A DNA stretch of 48,005 nt, from NCBI GenBank assembly GCA_002269645.1, contig NIVC01000880.1, positions 1 through 48,005 of the forward strand, written 5' to 3'. Shown here piece by piece: positions 13,297 through 25,200 of this stretch. Source of the stretch: Macrostomum lignano. Taxonomy: Eukaryota. Both the position numbers and the translations under genes were made by a program. Position 1 is the stretch's first letter. Each line of letters begins with the position of its first letter. The notes beneath the pieces were generated by a model. It had not been told where the DNA came from. It did no database searches and saw only the letters and a list, made by a program, of their open reading frames with translations.

Positions 13297-16200
13297 CTGC
13301 AATGCGCAAAGGTTAAAGGCAATTCTGTTGTTCTATTTTTACTAAAGCTTGAATAACCTATTTAGGTCAGAGGGAAAACTTTTAGAAGGCTGCTTTGACT
13401 GACAGCTGTTTGAAATTTGTTTAAATAGTTTTCGGATAAGTTCTCAACTTTTTACAGCAAATGCAAAAATGAAGTCACTTAATGGAGGGTTTGTCTACAT
13501 ACTCAGTACGAGTAAATCGTCTATATGCCAAGAAATAAGCTCGTACGAGACACAGCTTAAGATTGCCTATATGATTGAAATTCGTCAGTGTGATGCATTG
13601 AGCAGAAACTAAAGACAACGTACGGGCATATCGAATTCCACTATATTCGATGCTAGCTATTGGTATGCTTCTACGACCGTACGATCATCGACAAAGAGAA
13701 TATCTAAGGCTACGAAGAAGATACAAGGCATACCCGCTACTACAAGACAGAGGCTGTCACAATATGATTTGCCAGCTTACACAAGCACGACGGAGGTTCA
13801 TCTTCTCCGTTCCTGCACTCAACGATGCCATCGCATACGTGGGCACAAATGCTGACACCAGCGGCATTTAGACAGCGAACGTTGTCCCCGGTGCACGGTG
13901 TGGTGACTGTCGTTGCAGAAGTCGTTGTTGGTGTCGTTGTTGTCGTTGTCGATGTCGAAAAAGACGTTGTAGTTGGCGATGTTGTTGTTGTTGACGATGT
14001 GATAGTGGTAGACGTCGGCTTAGTAGTTGTGGTCGACGGCGGCGTTGTTGTAGTCGACGTTGAGGCTGTCGTCGTCGATGTTGGCGTAGTGGTTGTGGTC
14101 GACGGCGGCGTAGTTGTGGTTGATGTGGATGTTGTCGTAGACGTCGACGTCGACGTCGACGTTGATGTTGTGGTCGAAAGTCTTGTGTAACATCCTAGCA
14201 TGCTTACCTGAACATTGACCGGAAGGTTGTTCGTATTGATGAAGTTGAACTTGATTCTGATTCTGTTTGTCTGTAGACCAAGGCCGCCGATTGAGGCACA
14301 CTCGATAAAGTTATTGCTACACGTGGCCACGTCCTCAGCACTGTTGGCAGATTTTACTAATGTGAAGGTTGCAGCAACGCCAGACGATTTATACAGCTGG
14401 ATTGACGTAATCAATCCTGGAGTGCTTGAAATGATGCTGAGCTTTCCAATAATCGACTGACTGCCGTCGTCGCCACTGACATTGAAGTCAAAGGAAATGC
14501 TTTCATCTTTGCGGGTTACTGAAGGTGCGCGGTTGACATCAAGACCACTCGTCGACGGACGAAGGAGGTTCAACTCGCTTTGCGCAATGAGTCCAACATC
14601 TTGAGTGGAAGCACTCACAGAGATGTCGCTCAACCCAATTGGACCATTGTTCGCCATGCCGTCTTCCTCAATGCAACGCTGCGGCAAGGAGGTGCTCTTT
14701 GCAAGAATGTTCTCTGTAGTCGTGGTTGTCGAAGGCGGCGTAGTAGTCGTCGACGGCGATGTCGTGGTGGTCGACGTCGAGGTTGTCGTCGTTGGTGCTG
14801 TGGTCGTTGTTGAGCTTGAGGTTGTCGTTGTTGATGATGGTGTCGTAGTTGTTGTAGACGATGGAGTTGTGGTCGTCGACGTCGAAGTCGTCGTTGTTGT
14901 AGGTGTTGTTGTCGTTGTCGATGTTGATGTTGATGTTGACGTTGTTGTAGATGTCGGCGTAGTTGTTGTAGTTGTCGTAGATGTTGTTGTGCAAGACTGT
15001 TCATCGGTTCCGTCCTTCATTTCGTTTGGCGGAAAAGTTTTTTTATATGATTAATTCAATTTTATTTATTAATATTTGAGCAGGTTCAGCTAAAACAAAA
15101 TTTAAAATTTTTTACTCACTTCGCAATCGCGATTTCCGTCGCAGAGTTGTGTCACATTGATGCACTTGCACTGATCGCATATAACAGTGTCCTTTTCCAT
15201 GCAGAGGCATTCTAAATGTAAGATTGATTAGTTTCCAAGTTTAAATTAAAAAGTCGCTAGTTTTTGCGATTTTGACTTTCTGAGCTTACTGCAGCCAATT
15301 TCGTCGCTGCCGTCTCCACAGTCGTCGTGGCCATCGCAGTGGTTGACTCGTGGAATGCACTTGGTTTCTGTGGTGTCTGCTGCCCCACATTTGAACTCAG
15401 ACACTTTGTCGCACTCTGCCAGGTGGAAAATAAGCAGTTTTATGAATGAAGTCGATTAGCGACTTTTATAAAAGTTTTTCAAATTTTAAACAATTTCCAT
15501 AAAATATTTCTCACTCTTGCAGTCGTCTTCGTCAGTCGTGTCGGGCAGTCCACAGTCGTAGACTCCGTCGCATCGTTTCTGCTTTGGCAGGCATTTGCCG
15601 GTTTTGTTGCATTGAATCTCAGTTGGATTGCAACCTGCAATGAGATGCGGTTTAGCATTCGAGTCCTAAGTATGCGTAAAATATATTCTCGGTTCATTAT
15701 TGTAATAAAACTTTAAAATCAATATGCAAATGGGGATTCTTCAGTTCGTCTGGTCTCACCGCAGTTTAACTCGTCCGAACCGTCCGTGCACTGAGGAATG
15801 CCGTCGCATTTGAGAGACATGGCCACGCACTGCTGCGTTGTGATGCAGCGGAAGTACGACGGCGAGCAGGTTGTGTCTGCGGGTTGAGTTCGGGTGCTCT
15901 GGCTTGTTTTTCGCCCCGCCACACTATCAGATCCTTAGGTTGGGCTGCCAGCCTTCCAGATTCTCAGTTACTGGGTCACCCTCCCGGAGTCAACGTCAGG
16001 CCACCGCCGCCCTCCCAGACCCTCATGACTCACATGACTCTCGCTACCCTTCCAGATCCTCAGTTTCTGGGTCACCGCCGGCCTACCAGGTCCTCAGTTG
16101 CTGGGCCAGCCTCCCAGATCCGAGTTACTGCATGGGCCAGGTTGAAGACCAGCTCGCAATGAGCTAGCTATACACAATCGCATGCTACTTACTGCAGTTC

Positions 16201-19200
16201 TTCTCGTCGTCTCCGTACAGACAGTCCAGAGTGCCGTCGCAGAACTGGCTGTAGCTGATGCACATCCCGGTCACATTGCACGCGTATTGGTTCTCAGTGC
16301 AAGTTGGCTTAGTCGGCCGGCACACTGAGCTGTCGCTAGTGCAGTTCATCACACCGCCTTTGGTGCAGCTGCAGGTTGAACAGCTGGTGGTATTGTGAAT
16401 GACAGAACCTTTGGGGTACTCCTTGCCCTGGTAGAAGCAGGGACAGTTGTCACTGGGTATGCACTCATTGTCGTGCTCAACATAGCCGTTGGGGCAGGCG
16501 CAGCCCTCGATGCACTGGCTGTTGACGCAGTGGGGCTCCGGCTCCAGGCCGACATTGTGGCAGGTCTTGGCGCAGGGTGGCATGCAGGGCTGGTAGACGC
16601 GACCGCCAGTGCACATGATGGCTGCAGCAATAGGGTTACAGTAATATGAAAATTGTAATAACTGCAATAAATTACCCCTGGTAGAAAGAGGATGTAACGC
16701 TAAATGCTGATTAACTTTATCAATTTCTCACTTGTGGCTTCAAATATTCTCAGGATAACCAGAAAGGTATAGAGATTACTAATTAAATAATGTGCATGCG
16801 CAGAAGTTTTATAATCGCAAGGACATTGTTCCACTGGCAACACACTTTTCAGGTCTCTATGGGCTGAGAAGCTGTCAGGTGCTAACTGTTTCGTCTAATA
16901 GCAATTCAAGAGTAGCTCGTACAGTTGCGCGTGTTGCCAGTAGAAACGGGCAGGTGAACATGGAAGCCATAGATACTATAATAACTGGATGGGCTTTTTG
17001 GGTAGATTTACTTGTTAAACACTTTCTCTACTTTCAGTTCAGTAGCAAGCAAGAATGTGTAAGCTATTTTAGGAAAACAAAGGCAGCTGGTGTGACTTGC
17101 AGACGTAAACAAGTGGCTATTGGTAATGTACATTTAGCCAGCGCCGCTGAAATGTACATGGCAGGCAGCTTTAGGCAGACAGCGGGGCGGGGGTAGAGAT
17201 TTTGTGCGGAAAGCCGCGGCCGGATCCAATACACGAGCCTATATATGTACATGGCAGCTTCAGACTGGAACACTGAGAAAGGCAATAAAAATTGGGCGGC
17301 GGGGTGGGGGCAAGAGATTTTGTGCGGAAAGCCGCGGCCGGATCCAATACACGAGCATATATATGTACATGGCAGCTTCAGACTGGAACACTGAGAAAGG
17401 CAATAAAAATTGGGCGGCGGGGTGGGGCAAGAGATTTTGTGCGGAAAGCCGCGGCCGGATCCAATACACGAGCCTATATATGTACATGGCAGCTTCAGAC
17501 TGGAACACTGAGAAAGGCAATAAAAATTGGGCGGCGGGTGGGGGTAAGAGATTTTGTGCGGAAAGCCGCGGTCGGATCCAATACACGAGCCTATATATGT
17601 ACATGGCAGCTTCAGACTGGAACACTGAGAAAGGCAATAAAAATTGGGCGGCGGGTGGGGGTAAGAGATTTTGTGCGGAAAGCCGCGGCCGGTGGGATTA
17701 AGCTTGACGAGGGTAAGAGGACCAATGAACGAGTCTTGACCTAAAATACATTAAAATACTTCTATTTAATAACTTTCTACTGAACTGAAAGTAGCTTTTA
17801 GTTAGCTGGATCATCAAGTTTTTAAAGTAGTACGTGTTTAAGTTCCATGTAGTGATAAAAAAACAGAAATGCCGAATCCTGCCAAGTTACTTTGAAGCGA
17901 ACAATTATTTCTTTAAATAAATCGCCCAATAAGTTCCAAGCACTGCTAGACGCCCCCTACTGCCAATTCAGCGGACCCTGACAGTAGTATATTCGGCTCA
18001 CGGCACTGGTCCTGGAAGCGCCACTGCACGGAGACGCCGCTCTCAGCGCAGGTAGTGGCGAAGGCGGACAGCACGGTGCAGACGCACTCGCAGTCGCCGC
18101 CAGTGTCGCAGCCACAGGCGTCGTACATGCAGTTCTCGTAGAAGTTCTCGATGACGTCCTGCTCTAAGACTTGCTGGCAGGCGCTGAACACGCCAGTCTT
18201 GCTCTTGATGGCGCCGCAGACAGACTCGGCGTAGTCCCGCCGCCGGCTGTTGGCGGTGCACATCTCAATCCAGCTCTGCGGCGACTTGGAGGCGGAGCTC
18301 TCCTCCGACGCGCAGCTGTCGCCGCCGGTGCGAAAGTTGGACGCGAACTCGATGGGATTGTTGATCGGCAAGTTCTTTATGGTGAAATCGTTGTCGGCGT
18401 TCCCGTCGAAGTTGCCGCACAGTCCGCTGACTTTGCTGTTGAAGTGTGGCTTGACGAACACGTACACCCTGGTTGATCTGTCCCACAGGATGCGCAGGCC
18501 CAGCTGGTCCGACACCAGCTGAGTGAACAGCGTGAATTTCTCCCTGGTAGATTTGGTGTTCGGGAGGCGCTTTGGGTTAGATAGCTAGACTTTTAGATGG
18601 AACGTTTTGTCACGGCAGTGCGTTAGATTAGATAGAAATATCTGTGACGCTTTTGCATCAGTCTTTCAAATATAAATGGTATTAAAGCAATCTGGTAGAT
18701 AGAACCAGCTGTTACAGCAATCTGGTAGATAGAACCAGCTGTTACAGCAATCTGGTAGATAGAACCAGCTGTTACAGCAATCTGGTAGATAGAACCAGCT
18801 GTTACAGCAATCTGGTAGATAGAACCAGCTGTTACAGAAATCTGGTAGATAGAACTAGCTGTTACAGCAATATGCCAGATAGAACCAGCTGTTACAGCAA
18901 TCTGGTAGATAGAACTAGCTGTTACAGCAATATGTCAGATAGAACCAGATGTTACAGCAATTGTCAGATAGAACACGTTTCGTTTCCTCACCTGCGCATT
19001 CCGTAGTTCATAGCCACGGGAAGCTGGTCGGGCTCCCGGCCCCGCACCAGCACGTAGGTGTCCGAGCCAACCTTGACCCGCACAAACTTGGTGCAGGTGA
19101 CCTGCTGGGAGCCGCAGGGAATATTCTGAGCCGAGACCTCGATAGGCGGCAAGCCCAGAGCGGCGTTGGCGTCGGACTTCATGAGGATGTACTGGCAGCT

Positions 19201-22200
19201 GCCCTGAAACGAGTAGGCCTTCCTGTCGAATGTGCTGTAGTGCGGATCACCATAGGCCACACAGACGGCTGCAAGTGATACAAAAATTGTGCTCAAATTG
19301 TTTGTGAATTATTATTTTGAAAAAAATTGGCTGACTGTATGACATGGCAGCACAGAATTTTTGCATCACCCACCTTCGCATTTGGTGGCGTCCTCCGCTA
19401 TTTTAGTCCAAGTTCTAGACACGCATTTGTAGGTCTTGCAGCCGATTTTCAAGATGTGCCCTGGCAGATACTCGGTGCCGAGATAGATGCATGGACAGTG
19501 CGGCTTCGCAACGCAGGAGCCCTGGATATTGGTGACGAAGAGAAAATTGAGAGAAAATCGATTGAAACCCCAATTATACCGTGCGTAGCAATCAATGAAG
19601 TATACCCTCTATGCTTGTCTGCTTCTGTCCTTACGGTCAAGCAATCGTCCATTTTCCTTCTCACGCAACCACTTTATCCTCATTTTCTTACCCTTTGTAC
19701 CCTCAGCTGAGGCGTGCGCGGCTGTAGCAATTTAAATGTACTTAGAGCTAAAAATAGACCTCTTTTGAATCTGAATCAAGTTCACCCCTTTTCTTTAATG
19801 TACGTGGCTTGAATGTACACTGTGCTATAAATAGCCTCCTTTCAATTCACCCCTCAACTTGGATGTAAATAATGAATTGAATTTACGATATTATAAAATG
19901 GCTAACACGCTTAAAGTTTCTCGCTATTGGCCCAGCCGTAATGTACATTAGCCAGCCGAGGAAGGCAATAAACACTGGGCGGCGGACCAGGGGGGGTAGA
20001 CATTTTGTGCGGAAAGACACGGTCAGAGGCTCGGAGCCTGGGTGATGGGAGGGCCAAAAAACGAGTCTTATCCTAAAATGCATACATTTATTTAACTTTC
20101 TACTAAACTATAAGATGACATTATAGGACTGCTGGTTGAATTCAATGAAAGCTGCTCGCAAGTCTACAGTGTTTACTTACGTCCGCCTTCTTCACAAGAT
20201 CCCCGGGACAGCCGCACCGGCCCGATTCCGACTGGTTCGACTGGCACTTGTCATAGTTGATGCACTTCTGACAGGCCGGCATGGTTTCCAAGTACACTTG
20301 GTCCTTAGGGCAGACCACCTTATCGGCGCAGGAGCTGTTGCCGCAAGCAAAATCACCGTTAGTGCAGGTGCAATTTGTGCACTGACGGCTGATGACGGCG
20401 CCAGATCGATAGATTTTGCCGTTCCGGTTGTACCTGTCCAGACAGGTGCACTCAGACTGGCGAACGCAAGTGCCGTAGGCGTCCCGATACTGATTGTCGT
20501 ACTGGCAGTCGCAGCCAGGGAAACAGCCCAGCTCGCAGATGCTGGTGCTGCTCAAGTCGCTGCACGAGGATCGGCAGGTCCGGGCACAGATGGTGAACGA
20601 GCCGCCGCCAGACATGCAGGATGGAGCTGAAAATTGTTGAGGACAGGTACGCGATTGTTTGAGGATCGGCACTGGATTGTTGAGGATCGGTACGCGATTG
20701 TTTGAGGATCGGCACTGGATTGTTGAGGATCGGCACTGGATTGTTGAGGATCGGCACTGGATTGTTGAGGATCGGTACTGTATTGTTGAGGATCGGTACG
20801 GGATTGTTGAGGATCGGCACTGGATTGTTGAGGATCGGCACTGGATTGTTGAGGATCGGTACGGGATTGTTGAGGATCGGCACTGGATTGTTGAGGATCG
20901 GCACTGGATTGTTGAGGATCGGTACTGTATTGTTGAGGATCGGTACGGGATTGTTGAGGATCGGCACTGGATTGTTGAGGATCGGCACTGGATTGTTGAG
21001 GATCGGTACTGTATTGTTGAGGATCGGTACGGGATTGTTGAGGATCGGTACGGGATTGTTGAGGATCGGTACGGGATTGTTGAGGATCGGTACGGGATTG
21101 TTGAGGATCGGCACTGGATTGTTGAGGATCGGCACTGGATTGTTGAGGATCGGCACTGGATTGTTGAGGATCGGCACTGTATTGTTGAGGATCGGTACGG
21201 GATTGTTGAGGATCGGTACGGGATTGTTGAGGATCGGTGCGGGATTGTTGAGGATCGGCACTGGATTGTTGAGGATCGGTACGGGATTGTTGAGGATCGG
21301 TGCGGGATTGTTGAGAACAGGTACGGGATTGTTGAGAACAGGTACGGGATTGTTGAGAACAGGTACGGGATTGTTGAGAACAGGTACGGGATTGTTGAGA
21401 ACAGGTACGGGATTGTTGAGAACAGGTACGGGATTGTTGAGAACAGATACGGGATTATTAAGAACAGGTACGGTATTGTTGAGAACAGGTACGGGATTAT
21501 TAAGAACAGGTACGGTATTGTTGAGAACAGGTACGGGATTGTTAAGAACAGGTACGGGTTTGTTGAGAACAGGTACGGGATTGTTGATAACAGGTACGGG
21601 ATTGTTGAGAACAGGTACGGGATTGTTGAGAACAGGTACGGGATTGTTGAGGATCGGTACTTCTTTAATCCTAGACAGCACAGTCTTCAGTATTCATGCG
21701 ACCCCACAGCTGACATTGGTAGCTATCAGTAAACGAGACTCACCGCACTTGGACAATCTGCTATCAGTTGAGAAGTCGATCTGGAAGCCGGCAGTTTTGC
21801 AGGCGCGGGCGGCGCTCATTGCCGCGGTGCAGTAGAGCTCGCCGATGTTGGGAATGCCGCCGCATGCCTTCTCCTTCTGGCAGAATCTGTAGTAATAGCC
21901 CAGTATGTCCACCTTCTTGGAGTCGCGGCAGGCTTTGAACGAGTCGCTGTTGAGCAATACTTGAGTACAATCGTCCACTCCGCTGAGCTGAGAATGTTAA
22001 TTGTTTTATGCAATAGAATTTTTGCACTGGAATATCTCTTATGCTCTAAAATAGATTTTAGCTAGGACCCGGTTTGCGCAGGTGATCAGGTGCAACGAAC
22101 TGGGTGAAGGGTGAGGTTTGTGTATGGCGCTGAATTAGGACTTTCAGGCCATTAAATTTAATCCCGGAAATTGCATTGCCGATATCGCAGCTCATTCAGC

Positions 22201-25200
22201 TGCACAAACAGGTGACTTGGGGGTGCTTGTCATATTCTGCTTTAATTATGCTGCTTGAATTAAAAAATATTTATTGATATTATTAACTTCACTCGCTAAA
22301 ACTGAATTCAATTTGATGCGCAAAACTTCGGAATTCATACTTGTCGTTTTAACCCATTTTATTAATATTTAAAGCTCTTATCATGTGTTAATTATTAGTA
22401 AACATAGCAACTTATATCTGCGTCTTTAGGAAGCAAACTAATATTGAATCACAACAAGACTATTTGGATTTCCTTCAAGGTTTCTGTTCCCATTAGGTTT
22501 TTACAATATCAAAAATTCAACGGAATTATTTTTGTCGATATACTGCATTTCCAGCGTTAAATGAAATTCAATTCAAATTCGCGCCAACTGGGGGCATCGT
22601 TTAACAACCTCTAAACTCAATCAAAGCCACTTTTAAACACCCTAAGCTGCATGGTTTGAGTTTTGGAAAGTAGATTTAAAGTTCTCATAGGCTGCTTAAA
22701 AGGTTAAAAGTTTAAAAGTCAGAAATTGTTCTAACTTGTTTTTATATGATTAATATGTTCGTTTAACAAATCATATTTGGCGCGAATTTGAACTGAATTT
22801 AGTAAAACCATAGAAAATTTAGGATTGCAGAAATTCGCAAATATCTTACATTCAGAAATTTTTTGTAAACTTGCAATCGTATTTGCTTACAAAATGAATC
22901 TTAAATTAAAATGTTACTCCTATCTGACTACTTATTTATAATCATTTTGATTTGTTTTACTATTCAAAATTAGCTTGTTCTATTTCGTTATCCAAATAAA
23001 ATAAATATTCGATTTTGTTTGAGTTGTAACAAAATTAATTACTCATAGAAAACAGTATTTTTATAACGGGTTAATAGCTATCAAATTGGCGCGGTCTAAC
23101 AAAGGGTGCAGTGTAACAGGTAAGGTCATGGTGCAAATTGAAATCTATAATTGCTTTGCGTGCAGTTGCTAAGGCGGCCACAGTACCGTGTGCCTAATCC
23201 ACTAAACTATTCGAATTCTTAGTTTTTAGTTGAAAATTTACAATATCCGGTGTCTGTGTTGAGTAGCGGAGGGAGGTGCAATGGCGCATGTTCAGGCATT
23301 GCTTGCTAAAGCTCTATAATTAAAACGCCAAGATACTGCAAGCATGGCGCAGGTAAAATGGTGCAGCTCACCTGAGACTGAAATTACAATTATGGGGAAA
23401 GTGGAGAAGAGATGACCATTAGTTAGCACAAAATAATTCTTTTAATCAGAATGTACCTGTCTGACTATTTTGGGCATTGCATGCAAACTTTTGTGTAAAT
23501 TAAAACTACGTTCACTTCAGTGTGACTCGTTCACTGTGACTCGTTCACTGTGACTCGTTCACTGTGACTCGTTCACTGTGACTCGTTCACTGTGACTCGT
23601 TCACTGTGACTCGTTCACTGTGACTCGTTCACTGTGACTCGTTCACTGTGACTCGTTCACTGTGACTCGTTCACTGTGACTCGTTCACTGTGACTCGTTC
23701 ACTGTGACTCGTTCACTGTGACTCGTTCACTGTGACTCGTTCACTGTGACTCGTTCACTGTGACTCGTTCACTGTGACTCGTTCACTGTGACTCGTTCAC
23801 TGTGACTCGTTCACTGTGACTCGTTCACTGTGACTCGTTCACTGTGACTCGTTCACTGTGACTCGTTCACTGTGACTCGTTCACTGTGACTCGTTCACTG
23901 TGACTCGTTCACTGTGACTCGTTCACTGTGACTCGTTCACTGTGCAAGTGATATTCCATGGGCACAGCTTTTATTTATGACATCGGGCATGATCAGTGCT
24001 CCACTGACTGACTTAAACTCAGTCAGGAGAGGGGGCGGACTCTCAAAATTAGTCAGGAGAGGGGGCGGACTGTCAGAATCAGTCAGGAGAGGGGGTGGAC
24101 TCTCAGAATCAGTCAGGAGAGGGAGTGGACTCTCAGAATCAGTCAGGAGAGGGAGTGGACTCTGACTTACAGACTGAGAAGTCGAGCCGGGGCTGGGCAG
24201 CTCCGCGGCGGTCTTGCTGCAGGAGCCGGACACGTAGGACTGCGCCACCTGCACGGGGGGCGCAATCATATCGGAGCCCTTGGTGTGCAGGTCGTTCTCC
24301 GTTTTGCTATCAAAGTTTCCGCATAGGCCTTCGATCTGAAAGTTGGTAATTGACTCGCTAGCGTGAGGACTGGATACGAGCGTAAATAGCAAAGGACAAT
24401 TCAAAAATTGTAGGCCAGGATTAATTGCTATAAGGCACACATTCACAGCTGTTGTCTGTGGATTCACACATTTTAGGCCAGTGTTCATAGCTGAATTGTA
24501 ATTGAATTCGCACCTTAGGACAAGATTCACACACATTTAACATGGATTCACCAACTTTTAACATGGATTCACACACATTAAACATGGATTCACACACATT
24601 AAACATGGATTCACACACAGTTAACATGGATTCACACACATTAAACATGGATTCACACACATTAAACATGGATTCACACACATTTAACATGGATTCACAC
24701 ACATTAAACATGGATTCACACATGTTAGACATGGATAAACACATGTTAGACATGGAATCACACACATGTTAGACGTGGATTCCCACACATTAAACATGGA
24801 TTCACACACATGTTAGACATGGATTCACACATGTTAGACATGAATTCACAAACATGTCAAGAATGGATTCACACACATTTGAGACGCGGATTAACACACA
24901 TTTTAGAATAGTTTTGGATAGGCGAACATCAACCAAAACGCACCTTCTGACTCAGCAATTTGGCGCCCTTCAGTTCGACAGTTCTGTAGCCGTCGAAGTA
25001 CACGCTGAGGTGGTTGCCGATCTTCACCATGGCGTAGAAGGAGGTGAGCTGGCGCACCAGGATCTGGCTGCGCACATTCTCGTACGGCAGCGAATTCGTG
25101 AAGTCGACTCCATCGATGATCACGGATGGTCGGGTGCCGGCCGCCAGCGTCACCGACTTCAGCTGGATGGTGACGCCGCGGTACTTGACGGTGATCATCT

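Noticed and set aside
6-15054. Plus-strand poly-Val ORFs and minus-strand Asn/Asp/Tyr- or Gln/Arg-rich ORFs
   Set aside because: Antisense and off-frame shadows of the Thr-rich tracts; they recur with the 2196-bp unit and have no independent structure.
17204-17744. 39-aa repeat ORFs in several frames
   Set aside because: Products of the 117-bp tandem core of the MITE-like element.
20452-21835. Long ORFs [21 protein letters not shown]
   Set aside because: Translations of an intronic 21-bp minisatellite lying between two well-supported exons.
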